From the IMG/VR virus record IMGVR_UViG_2711768075_000012, positions 1 to 21,846 of that record: DNA of 21,846 bases; one strand, 5' to 3'. The position numbers were made by a program, and so were the translations under genes. The notes under the pieces are model-generated. The model was not told the origin of the DNA, made no database searches, and was given only the letters and a program-made list of their open reading frames with translations. The stretch is from a virus. Lineage: Duplodnaviria > Heunggongvirae > Uroviricota > Caudoviricetes. This document shows, in pieces, positions 1 through 7,756 of this stretch; positions within the stretch are counted from its first letter, which is position 1; each line of letters begins with the position of its first letter.

Positions 1-834
1 TTATAGATAAATATCCCCTCCCAAAGGAGGACCATCAAGAGTTACTCCGCTGATATTATCTGTTTGTTCAAAAATATCTCCCCCGAATATCATTTCAAAT
101 TCTGATTTAATATCTGCTAAGTATTTTAAAATCGTATTCAACAGTTCACGGAATGTGTCGCAATGCCATTGGATATGAGGAGTTATTTGAGAGAGCACTA
201 TAGCTTTAAAGTCATCTAGGCTTTTTGGAACGTTTAAAAATGTTCCTGTTTTTAGTCCTCTCGATATCGACATGTAGTTGAACATCGATAAAATCATTAT
301 TGAGCCACCTTCCTGTCTCCTTAAATCATCAAACATCTTTTTATTATGTGGAGTAAGCTTCCTATAAGCTCGGTCTCGCTGATGGTTGAATTCTTCAGTG
401 TATAAAAGAACCTTGTCAGCAGCATCACCTATAAGTGGGCAAAAATATCTTTTCCACCAAGCCTCAAAATATCTCTTTTGAAATTCTAGATATGTCATAC
501 CAGTGATATTTGTGTTTTGTGTATACTGCTTTGCTCCTTGCTGAAGCCCATGTTTTGAAATAATAAAACCAATGTTAGCCCCAGTTTCATGCATCACCGT
601 AGTGAACGAATGGACTACGCTCTGAGGCACAGAGTTACTCCAGTTTTTACATTCTACTATGTATCTGATTTTATCTACGCTCTTGGGATCTATTGCGAGA
701 ACATCCACATTCACCGAACCACGTGGAGTCTCTACATTGGCTTCGACTTCTGCATATAAGCCAACATTGCGGAAGATGCGTTGGACTCCGTTCTGGAGAT
801 CTTTCCAATTCGTTGGTAACGGGTCATCGATCAC
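1..834 (-). CDS. PD-(D/E)xK (Mrr-cat-like) restriction-endonuclease-fold protein, 277 aa; putative nuclease moron
   Basis: Complete ORF with stop at 1-3. N-terminal region has a D...E-x-K-like motif (VDVLAID ... YIVECKNW) typical of Mrr/restriction-endonuclease catalytic folds. C-terminal ~150 aa not recognised. Start appears to be GTG at 832-834 (no in-frame ATG nearby), which lowers confidence. Confidence 0.45.
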   Translation of the reverse strand: MIDDPLPTNWKDLQNGVQRIFRNVGLYAEVEANVETPRGSVNVDVLAIDPKSVDKIRYIVECKNWSNSVPQSVVHSFTTVMHETGANIGFIISKHGLQQGAKQYTQNTNITGMTYLEFQKRYFEAWWKRYFCPLIGDAADKVLLYTEEFNHQRDRAYRKLTPHNKKMFDDLRRQEGGSIMILSMFNYMSISRGLKTGTFLNVPKSLDDFKAIVLSQITPHIQWHCDTFRELLNTILKYLADIKSEFEMIFGGDIFEQTDNISGVTLDGPPLGGDIYL

Positions 835-1009
835 TTCTGTTTTTCCTATACACTGTCACATGACCCATAGATGCTACTGTATATTACAAAAATCGTCACT
901 CCGGACGGTGCATATTTTAAACTTTGATCTGTTTCTGGCGTAGGGCGTGCAGTCAGATTAGGTTTGCTTTGTGTTATAGAAGCGTCAGTTAACATCTGTG
1001 CTACCTACC

Positions 1010-1204
1010 TTACTCAATAACACCCGCAAACCTATAAATCTTGTGTGATGCCCATTTATTTGGGCAGGATTTTATATCAGGATCTGGAAAATCTGGTCTG
1101 TATTTCTGGCCAGTCCTCCTGTTTACGCTGTTCCAACGAAGTACTGTTGATACTGAAACGCCACAGAAGTCGGCGACCTGTTTAGTTGTCATTAAGTTGT
1201 TCAT
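1010..1204 (-). CDS. AlpA-family HTH regulator / excisionase-like protein, 64 aa
   Basis: Internal ATG (plus-strand cat at 1202-1204) gives MNNLMTTKQVADFCGVSVSTVLRW..., matching the AlpA/Xis-type HTH pattern. The longer listed ORF (to 1426) overlaps the upstream gene and has an implausible N-terminus. Confidence 0.55.
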   Translation of the reverse strand: MNNLMTTKQVADFCGVSVSTVLRWNSVNRRTGQKYRPDFPDPDIKSCPNKWASHKIYRFAGVIE

Positions 1205-1238
1205 TGCTATCCCTCCAGTGGTTGTGCAGTTGAAAGAC

Positions 1239-1775
1239 TCATGCGTATTTGCGTAACTCCGATAACCCGTTAAAGCGTTCCATAAACATCCCGTAGGCAT
1301 GGCCTGGCGACAGTGGAATAACTTTGAACATCTCTGTTGGCGGGATGCCTTCCAGTACAGGCCAGAAAGAGCCATCATCAAGCCCGAGATCGCGACGTTC
1401 GGTTGCCAGCATAATGAGATCGGCATATTTCACTGGCGTGCTCATAACAAGAGGTAACCCGTATTTCTCACGGATTACGGCGTCTATTTTTTCTTCCATC
1501 CGTTTATAGTCAGGAAGAAGTCGTTTCAGTGGTGCAGGGATGTCCTGGCAATATGCTTCTGTTGCATCATGCATTAACGCTTCAAAAGCAAATTCCTGCG
1601 GCACCAGCTGGCTGCAAAGCACCGCATGTTGGGCGACGCTGTAGAAGTGTGAAAGATGCCCTGCAAAGCGACAGATATTTGAAAGGGAAACCGCGATATC
1701 GTTAATAACGATGTCATCTTTATTTATCCTGTCATAATAAAAATGCTTCCCGGAAAAAGTTTTAATAAATGACAT
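1239..1775 (-). CDS. HD-domain phosphohydrolase (YfbR-like 5'-deoxynucleotidase family), 178 aa
   Basis: H...HD metal-binding motifs (AQHAVLCSQL, ALMHDATEAY). ATG at 1773-1775 is preceded by a GGAGA RBS; the listed ORF start at 1802 is a GTG. Length and motifs resemble CPS-53-type prophage YfdR proteins (from recall, not search). Confidence 0.6.
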   Translation of the reverse strand: MSFIKTFSGKHFYYDRINKDDIVINDIAVSLSNICRFAGHLSHFYSVAQHAVLCSQLVPQEFAFEALMHDATEAYCQDIPAPLKRLLPDYKRMEEKIDAVIREKYGLPLVMSTPVKYADLIMLATERRDLGLDDGSFWPVLEGIPPTEMFKVIPLSPGHAYGMFMERFNGLSELRKYA

Positions 1776-1902
1776 TTTGTTCTCCACGTATATGCGCTGC
1801 ACCGCGCTGAATTTTGGTTAAAGAAAACCCTCGCCATCAGGCGATTATTGAGTCAATTATGTTTCCATAAATGCCCCCGCAGGGGCATTTGCAGTAAGGA
1901 AA

Positions 1903-2727
1903 TCAGGCGGTAAAAGTACCAATAAAGGTTTCTACTTTGCTGTCTTTGAATTTCTCAACAAGCAGATCACGAAATTCGTTAGCCATTTCTTCCTGCACTG
2001 CTTCCAGCTGAATAATGCGCAGAACCAGTACAGGACGATCGCCAGTGATAATGCTGAGGCGTAATTTAAACGGACGTTCTTGCAGGCCTTCAAACGGAAC
2101 GCATTTAAATTCAAATGCCACTGGCATAATGTCTTTGGTCTTCGCTTCGACAGATTCCATCAGGGAGCGTTTGCCGCTGAAGTCATTATCTTCAAAATCA
2201 GCGGTCTGGTTTGCTTCAATCGTGATTTTACGGACTGCCGCAGCCGCTTTTGTTGCCTGAATGGCGTCACCATTAGCATCAAAGCCCACAAGGTAGTCGG
2301 CCCAGTCTTCAATCCATTCTGCCAGTGACTTCTGGGAGTTACGCTCGCCGTTAACAGACAACAGGGCAGAGAACGGTGCTGTCTTTTTCAGTTTGAGAGT
2401 GGCGGTGTTATCTGCGTGACCTGGTTCATCAATAGTACCCAGGTTAAGCACACTGACGGCACGCATATTATCAGCATCGATAAAGCAGCGGGTGCCTTCA
2501 TCTGCAAGATCTTTAGAATAACGGGTAAAATCATCGATGCTGGCAGTGGAAAGCGCGCCACGGAAACGGAAGCGATTCAAATTAAATTTTTCCAGATCAT
2601 GAATGCGGAAATTCTCAGGCAATGCCACAGCATCGGCACCAATCTTACTGATAATTTCATTAACACCCTGAGCAGAAATAAGGGCATGGATTTGATTAAT
2701 TGCGGTTGCGTCTAAGTTCTGAGACAT
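1903..2727 (-). CDS. conserved prophage protein, 274 aa (resembles YfdQ/DUF2303-type proteins)
   Basis: Clean 274-aa ORF with ATG at 2725-2727 and a GAGGA RBS upstream. Function not identifiable from sequence; the family assignment is from memory of CPS-53-like prophage gene order (yfdP-yfdQ-yfdR). Confidence 0.5.
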   Translation of the reverse strand: MSQNLDATAINQIHALISAQGVNEIISKIGADAVALPENFRIHDLEKFNLNRFRFRGALSTASIDDFTRYSKDLADEGTRCFIDADNMRAVSVLNLGTIDEPGHADNTATLKLKKTAPFSALLSVNGERNSQKSLAEWIEDWADYLVGFDANGDAIQATKAAAAVRKITIEANQTADFEDNDFSGKRSLMESVEAKTKDIMPVAFEFKCVPFEGLQERPFKLRLSIITGDRPVLVLRIIQLEAVQEEMANEFRDLLVEKFKDSKVETFIGTFTA

Positions 2728-2792
2728 AATAAGTCCTCACTATATAAAGATATTCAGTGATGAGATAAATAATCAGTTAATTAAGAACGATA

Positions 2793-3155
2793 TTAATGAC
2801 CTGCTGCGCGTAGTTTTCCGTCAGGTTCACCGGCAAGAGTCAGTAATTGTCCCTGGTCTTCCTGCAGAATAGTCAGGCGACCACCGCGATTGACATACAT
2901 CGGCGTTTCGGTGGTGTCTTCTTCGGAAATTTTCCCGCGGTTAGTCGGGCGAACATATGAGAGTTTGTGTTTGATTTTCACACGGTTCTCATCAAATGGT
3001 TCGATTTCCAGGTTGAGTGAGACCTTACCTTTGGTTTTCGTGTTCATCACACCGGAAGCGACTTCACTGAGAACTGCGCCGATTTTGGTTTCAAATACGC
3101 CGCCGTCCAGCTCCCCGATAAATGCCTGCACATCAGTACTGCGTTCGCTAGCCAT
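2793..3155 (-). CDS. hypothetical prophage protein, 120 aa (YfdP-like by position and length)
   Basis: Internal ATG (plus cat 3153-3155) preceded by a GAGGAG RBS gives a 120-aa protein MASERSTDVQAFIGELDGG.... The longer ORF to 3386 has an unlikely Cys/Arg-rich N-terminal extension. Confidence 0.5.
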   Translation of the reverse strand: MASERSTDVQAFIGELDGGVFETKIGAVLSEVASGVMNTKTKGKVSLNLEIEPFDENRVKIKHKLSYVRPTNRGKISEEDTTETPMYVNRGGRLTILQEDQGQLLTLAGEPDGKLRAAGH

Positions 3156-3299
3156 TTTGCTGCTCCTCATCATATCGACCCTGCAAGGTCGGTTGGTTTC
3201 TCCACAAAACAGAGAAGAACACCTGCGGTGGCAGCCGCCCGGATGGATTGGGTTATGAGCCCGTCGTCCGGTGATGCTCTTCTCTGTTTTGTAAAAAGA

Positions 3300-3338
3300 G
3301 CGGTACCAGCCGGAAGCAAGTGTACAAACTGGTACCGC
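3300..3338 (-). promoter_or_regulatory. 10-bp inverted repeat with 19-bp spacer, followed on the minus strand by a U-tract; candidate leftward terminator/attenuator or OL-type operator
   Basis: gcggtaccag ... ctggtaccgc are exact reverse complements. On the minus strand the stem is followed by CUCUUUUUAC. Contains GTAC-core motifs like the OR palindrome at 4515-4533. Lies ~150 bp upstream of the leftward operon start. Confidence 0.3.
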
Positions 3339-3785
3339 CAAAGCAGTGGCTGTTGTGGTGGGGTTGTCACTCAGGCGTATGGTCAACCTGACAATCCGGT
3401 GTCCTCAACGGGGAAAGAGTAACCCCGCCATACTTACCGCCGCGCCATTTCGCGGATTACCACAACGCTGAGAGCACTTAGCCAGTTACGGCACCACACT
3501 TTGTCGCGGCTCTATAAATGCCCTCATCGTTGCACCCTGGTCTCTTCCCAGGCGTCAAACCGGATCGCCACGCTGGTTAGGCGTCTTATCAGCATCATCA
3601 TTGACTTGCACATTCCGGCTACCTGGTTTGTTTGCCCGAGCAAGAAGTGGATTGTCCCCTTTAACGTCCCCAGACCGCTAACGACGCATGTGCCATACGC
3701 CGTGTTACAACCAAATTTTGTTTGAATCTTGCCTGCCTCATGTTTCTTTTGGATACATTATGTATCCCATGGGTACATTGTCAAG

Positions 3786-3811
3786 TATAAAAAAACCTGC
3801 CGAAGCAGGTT
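3786..3811 (-). terminator. rho-independent terminator downstream of the repressor gene
   Basis: Plus strand reads aaaaaaacctgc-cgaa-gcaggtt. On the minus strand this is a 7-bp GC-rich stem with a 4-nt loop followed by a U7 run, immediately after the repressor stop at 3824. Confidence 0.6.
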
Positions 3812-3823
3812 CATAAATATTGA

Positions 3824-4498
3824 TTAGGCCTTTATTGTGTATCTTCTTGGTTTTCCCGAGAAAATCACTGTACCAATTATAGAGCAATTACCGTTAATCT
3901 TAATGTAAGGCTCAGGCCAGTTTGGGTTTAATGCTTTGAGATAACGCTGTGTTCCATCTTCTATCAATCGCTTGAAGGTGGTTTCGCCTGTATCGTGCAT
4001 CAATGCAATAACGTCGTCACCGTGGCAGGCAGGGACTTCGGGATCAACAAAAATCATGTCTCCAGGGCGGTACTCATCAATCATTGAATCACCAATCACC
4101 CGCAAGATATAAGTCATTTCGCCACAGGGTACAGGGCAGGGGTAAGTTTCTGCTGTGCTCAAATCAACCTCAGAATAGCCAACTTCTTTCCATGCTCCGG
4201 CCTGTACCCATGATATGACAGGGACTAACGTTATTTGTTTGTTAGTGATTGAAACATCAGGTTTTTTTGTGATGTTTGTGGTCTGGTGTTCTTGATCAAG
4301 CCATCCGACAGGCAGGTCGAAACATTTTTCGATGTGCCGCGCCATGCTGTCACCGATATTTTTAGTAGCACCATCTCCCATAAACCTGCTGGTCTGGGTT
4401 GGCTCGCGATCAATCATGGTGGCAAAGGAAGAATTCCCGCCAACACCATCTCTCAGTTTTCTGGCGTTAGACCGCCGGATGTCATGGATTGTTTTCAT
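3824..4498 (-). CDS. cI: CI-like phage repressor (N-terminal HTH, C-terminal S24 LexA-like peptidase domain), 224 aa
   Basis: N-terminal HTH-like segment. C-terminal region has the S24 self-cleavage signature (GDSM Ser motif, downstream Lys in FKRL). Divergent from a Cro-like gene across an operator-containing intergenic region. Confidence 0.75.
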   Translation of the reverse strand: MKTIHDIRRSNARKLRDGVGGNSSFATMIDREPTQTSRFMGDGATKNIGDSMARHIEKCFDLPVGWLDQEHQTTNITKKPDVSITNKQITLVPVISWVQAGAWKEVGYSEVDLSTAETYPCPVPCGEMTYILRVIGDSMIDEYRPGDMIFVDPEVPACHGDDVIALMHDTGETTFKRLIEDGTQRYLKALNPNWPEPYIKINGNCSIIGTVIFSGKPRRYTIKA

Positions 4499-4514
4499 AA
4501 CGAAATTAAAACCT

Positions 4515-4533
4515 TTGTACCGATAAGGTACAA
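4515..4533. promoter_or_regulatory. operator palindrome TTGTACC-GATAA-GGTACAA in the cI/cro divergent promoter region (OR-like)
   Basis: Perfect 7-bp inverted arms with a 5-bp spacer in the 90-bp gap between divergent repressor and cro-like genes. Further GTAC-containing partial half-sites at 4577-4588. Confidence 0.55.
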
Positions 4534-4588
4534 GTATCTTGAAGGTTCATTTCAATCATGTAATATGTATATCGGAGGTACATATTGT

Positions 4589-4789
4589 ATGAAAGCGTAT
4601 TGGGACTCTTTAACCAAAGAACAGCAGGGCGAGTTGGCCGGAAAAGTTGGCTCAACACCTGGCTACTTACGGCTGGTTTTCAATGGTTATAAAAAAGCCA
4701 GTTTTGTGCTGGCGAAAAAACTTGAGCAATGCACGTCAGGTGCAATTACGAAATCTGACTTAAGGCCGGATATCTATCCGAAAGATTAA
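4589..4789 (+). CDS. cro: Cro-like HTH regulator, 66 aa
   Basis: ATG at 4589 preceded by a GGAGGT RBS (4574-4579). Small HTH-like protein (MKAYWDSLTKEQQGELAGKVGSTPGYLRLVFNGYKK...) divergent from the CI-like gene. Confidence 0.6.
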   Translation: MKAYWDSLTKEQQGELAGKVGSTPGYLRLVFNGYKKASFVLAKKLEQCTSGAITKSDLRPDIYPKD

Positions 4790-4820
4790 CAGAACACCTT
4801 CAATTTTTAACCACAGAACG

Positions 4821-5384
4821 ATGAGGCTAACCGTGGGTAAGTATCACTGGAAAGTAGAAAAACAGCCTGAGTGGTACGTGAAAGCTGTCAGAAAAACTAT
4901 CGCAGCGTTGCCGGGTGGTTACGCTGAAGCAGCTGACTGGCTGGATGTAACAGAGAACGCATTATTTAACCGCCTTCGTGCCGATGGCGATCAGATTTTC
5001 CCGCTGGGATGGGCAATGGTTTTACAGCGCGCGGCTGGCACTCACTACATTGCGGATGCTGTCGCACAGTCTGCTGGTGGGGTGTTCGTATCGCTTCCTG
5101 AAATTGAGGAAGTAGAGAACGCCGATATAAACCAGCGCCTGCTGGAAGTCATCGAACAGATCGGGAATTACTCAAAGCAGATTCGTTCGGCAATCGAAGA
5201 TGGGGTCGTGGAGCCACACGAGCAGACAGCAATTAATGATGAGTTGTATCTGTCAATTTCGAAGCTCCAAGAGCATGCAGCACTGGTCTACAAAATCTTT
5301 TGCGCTCCAGAAAAGAGTGACGCCCGCGAGTGTGCAGCTCCGGGCGTCGTGGCGTTTTGTGTCTGTGGAGAAACTAACGCATGA
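4821..5384 (+). CDS. hypothetical early regulatory protein, 187 aa (possible CII-like/YdaT-type functional analogue)
   Basis: Immediately downstream of cro in the rightward early operon. No diagnostic motif recognised; the functional guess is positional only. Confidence 0.35.
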   Translation: MRLTVGKYHWKVEKQPEWYVKAVRKTIAALPGGYAEAADWLDVTENALFNRLRADGDQIFPLGWAMVLQRAAGTHYIADAVAQSAGGVFVSLPEIEEVENADINQRLLEVIEQIGNYSKQIRSAIEDGVVEPHEQTAINDELYLSISKLQEHAALVYKIFCAPEKSDARECAAPGVVAFCVCGETNA

Positions 5385-5529
5385 ACAGTTTAACGGCAAA
5401 TAACCGTTTGTCGCAACAGCTGGTGGTCAGTGTCGCTGAACACCTGTTGTTACGGCATGAATGCAGATTACCAAATCACCTGGCTGTAAGTAACCACAGA
5501 GAACTTTACCTGACTGTGGGGGGCGAGTT

Positions 5530-5709
5530 GTGCAGGAACTTAACCGCTGGTTTCGTGATGGAAGAGGGCTTTATGTCCATGTTATTCGTTGGGAGCCAGA
5601 AACACAGCGCGTTATCTATCTTCGCAAAGACTACCCGCATGAGTGCTTTAGTCCTTTGTGGAAATTCAGGCGTGATTTTGTTGAGTGTGAAGGACCACCA
5701 GCACATTGA
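5530..5709 (+). CDS. small hypothetical protein (59 aa from a GTG start); possibly the C-terminal part of a frameshifted gene
   Basis: Manual translation of the frame offset from listed ORF 5381: VQELNRWFRDGRGLYVHVIRWEPETQRVIYLRKDYPHECFSPLWKFRRDFVECEGPPAH, stop at 5707-5709. Protein-like composition. Upstream G6 run (5518-5523) is where the frame of ORF 5381 would join it. Confidence 0.25.
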   Translation: MQELNRWFRDGRGLYVHVIRWEPETQRVIYLRKDYPHECFSPLWKFRRDFVECEGPPAH

Positions 5710-5794
5710 TTCTGCCATTCCGGGACGTTACACTGTTCAGGCACCTTATAAAGCGGGTGCCGGGATTGGCGTCCTGAAATTGATTACTGAGCAT

Positions 5795-5816
5795 AACCGC
5801 GCTCATGCGGTTTTTT
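5795..5816 (+). terminator. candidate rho-independent terminator
   Basis: aaccgc-gctcat-gcggtt followed by tttt (6-bp stem including two AU pairs, then T-run). Downstream of the small early ORFs and upstream of rha. Confidence 0.35.
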
Positions 5817-5986
5817 CGTGTCATGAGCATTGCTACGCCCAAATTATGGTGGGGCGTACAGGGCCGACTTCGGTCGGGCCGGGTTCGGTAGTCTCCGGTA
5901 ACGCCAACCCTGTACGTCTCACCACCTCTGTGATTGGCGTCCCATGTGGTGAGTTTTCTAAAAAACTGACTACCGGGGCTGTCACT

Positions 5987-6544
5987 ATGACTACTCTCCC
6001 AACCCTCTCTCAACCTGAAATTGCCATCGTTGATGGTCAGGCTGTTACATCTTCTTTGGCTGTTGCTGACTTCTTCTCTAAACGTCATGACGATGTTCTG
6101 AAAAAGATTCGCATTTTGGATTGTTCTCCAGAGTTTTGTGCCCGCAATTTTGCGGAGACATCAATTTTGGTACGCCAGCCCAACGGCGGTACTCGCAAAC
6201 TACCTTGCTATCAAATAACCCGCGATGGCTTTGCGTTTCTTGCTATGGGTTTCACGGGTAAACGTGCTGCCCAGTTCAAAGAGGCATACATCAATGCCTT
6301 TAACCAGATGGAGAAACAGCTTTCAAAGCCCGCTGTACCGAGCGACGTTGCACATAACGCCAGTGTTCTCTATTCCTACATTTCATCAATTCATCAGGTC
6401 TGGTTGCAGCAGCTTTATCCCATGCTGGAAAAAGCTGAATCACCTCTGGCTGTAAGTCTGTATGACCGAATTAACGATGCGGCATTTCTTGCCCGTCTTA
6501 TTCATTCGTCGCTGAACTCTTCAGAGGTAAGGGGGCGCAAATGA
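5987..6544 (+). CDS. rha: Rha-family phage regulatory protein, 185 aa
   Basis: N-terminus MTTLPTLSQPEIAIVDGQAVTSSLAVADFFSKRHDDVLKKIRIL and YQITRDGFAFLAMGFTGKRAAQFKEAYINAFNQME are typical of the Phage_pRha domain. The listed 387-aa ORF starts 606 nt upstream, but that extension is not Rha-like. Confidence 0.65.
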   Translation: MTTLPTLSQPEIAIVDGQAVTSSLAVADFFSKRHDDVLKKIRILDCSPEFCARNFAETSILVRQPNGGTRKLPCYQITRDGFAFLAMGFTGKRAAQFKEAYINAFNQMEKQLSKPAVPSDVAHNASVLYSYISSIHQVWLQQLYPMLEKAESPLAVSLYDRINDAAFLARLIHSSLNSSEVRGRK

Positions 6545-6765
6545 TCCGGAATATTTTCAAACGATTTACCAATCAGACTTTCCGTTGTCCTCGCCCCGGT
6601 CAGTGGTACACCACGCCTGCAGGGCATGTTCTACGTGTTAGCCTGGTGGACCGTGAATGTCAGAAGGTGATTTGTGAACCGCTGGGTCGTAATTACCGCG
6701 TCAGTATGCCGCTTATAGCCTTTCGCTCCGGAAAAAACATGAAGCATCTCGGAGGTGCGGCATGA
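6541..6765 (+). CDS. hypothetical protein, 74 aa
   Basis: Start overlaps the rha stop (ATGA) and its stop overlaps the next start (ATGA), suggesting translational coupling. RBS-like AGGTAAGGGGG upstream. Confidence 0.45.
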   Translation: MIRNIFKRFTNQTFRCPRPGQWYTTPAGHVLRVSLVDRECQKVICEPLGRNYRVSMPLIAFRSGKNMKHLGGAA

Positions 6766-7754
6766 GTCTGTTAATGACATCCCAGCCCATTGTGATAAAT
6801 CGTGATCTTGCATGCCGTATTGGTCTGAATGAGGCAATTGTGTTGCAGCAGCTTCATTACTGGCTGAATGAAACGAATTCAGGCACTGAGCATGGCGGAA
6901 TTCGCTGGGTTTATAACACGACAGAACAGTGGCTGGAGCAGTTTCCGTTCTGGTCAGAGTCCACTCTGAAACGCACATTTGCAAGCCTGAAATCACTTGG
7001 GGTTTTGCGTCGCGAGCAACTCAATAAATCGAAGCGTGACATGACCAACTTCTACACGATCAACTATGAAAGTGAGCTTTTAGAAGAGGTCAAAGTGAAC
7101 GAATCCATCAGGTCAAAATGCACTTCTCCATCGGGTCAAAGTGACCTGATGGATGGGCGCAAAATGACACGATCCATTGGTTCAAAACGACACGCTGTCA
7201 TCGGGTCAAAATGGCCCAATGATCTTACAGAGAATACAACAGAGATTACTACAGAGAATAAAACCTCTTCTCGTCCGGACGCTTCGCAACCGGACACGCA
7301 AACGGCTGAACAGGAGTTTTTAACTCGCCATCCTGATGCGGTTGTATTCAGCCCTAAAAAGCGCCAGTGGGGAACGCAGGATGATTTGACCTGCGCACAG
7401 TGGCTCTGGAAAAAAATCATCGCCCTGTACGAGCAGGCCGCCGAATGTGACGGCGAGGTGGTTCGTCCCAAAGAACCGAACTGGACAGCATGGGCAAACG
7501 AAATTCGCCTGATGTGTGTGCAGGATGGTCGTACTCACAAACAAATCTGCGAGATGTACAGCCGCGTCAGCCGTGATCCGTTCTGGTGCCGTAACGTGCT
7601 CAGCCCGTCGAAGTTGCGGGAAAAATGGGATGAGCTTTCCCTGCGCTTATCGCCGTCCGTCAGCACGCACACAGAAAAACGTGAAGACCCGTACTTCAAA
7701 GCCAGTTACGACAACGTGGACTACAGCCAGATCCCGGTAGGATTCAGGGGGTGA
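6762..7754 (+). CDS. phage replication initiator (lambda O-like, N-terminal wHTH) with the origin iterons embedded in the gene, 330 aa
   Basis: GGAGGTG RBS. N-terminal LNEAIVLQQLHYWLNET ... TLKRTFASLKSLGVLRRE resembles replication-initiator wHTH. The central region encodes repeated peptides because the DNA carries six ~23-bp direct repeats (7088-7213) followed by an AT-rich tract, as in lambda ori within O. Confidence 0.65.
   Translation: MSLLMTSQPIVINRDLACRIGLNEAIVLQQLHYWLNETNSGTEHGGIRWVYNTTEQWLEQFPFWSESTLKRTFASLKSLGVLRREQLNKSKRDMTNFYTINYESELLEEVKVNESIRSKCTSPSGQSDLMDGRKMTRSIGSKRHAVIGSKWPNDLTENTTEITTENKTSSRPDASQPDTQTAEQEFLTRHPDAVVFSPKKRQWGTQDDLTCAQWLWKKIIALYEQAAECDGEVVRPKEPNWTAWANEIRLMCVQDGRTHKQICEMYSRVSRDPFWCRNVLSPSKLREKWDELSLRLSPSVSTHTEKREDPYFKASYDNVDYSQIPVGFRG
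7088..7213. repeat. six iterons (consensus GGTCAAARTG + 13-bp spacer containing TCCAT) at 23-bp periodicity; putative origin of replication
   Basis: Repeat starts at 7088, 7111, 7134, 7157, 7180 and 7204 (ggtcaaagtg / ggtcaaaatg / ggtcaaagtg / gcgcaaaatg / gttcaaaacg / ggtcaaaatg). An A+T-rich tract with repeated acagagaata follows at 7221-7270. Confidence 0.7.
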
Positions 7755-7756
7755 TC

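Noticed and set aside
659-1509. Plus-strand ORFs 659-943, 1041-1256 and 1324-1509
   Set aside because: Antisense to the nuclease-like, AlpA-like and HD-hydrolase genes, with no RBS and implausible composition; shadow ORFs.
3271-3300. boxA-like CGCTCTTTTTA on the leftward strand as a lambda-type nutL site
   Set aside because: There is no adjacent boxB-like GCCCTGAAAAAGGGC hairpin and no convincing N gene. The motif overlaps the U-tract of the 3300-3338 stem-loop and is better explained as part of a terminator-like structure.
5381-6544. Listed 387-aa ORF as a single Rha protein with a 200-aa N-terminal extension
   Set aside because: Rha-family proteins begin with the domain that here starts at the ATG at 5987 (MTTLPTLSQPEIAIVDG...). 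The upstream 200 residues are not Rha-like, and the region contains a candidate terminator and a structured element. Rha is called from 5987, with the open upstream frame noted as unexplained.
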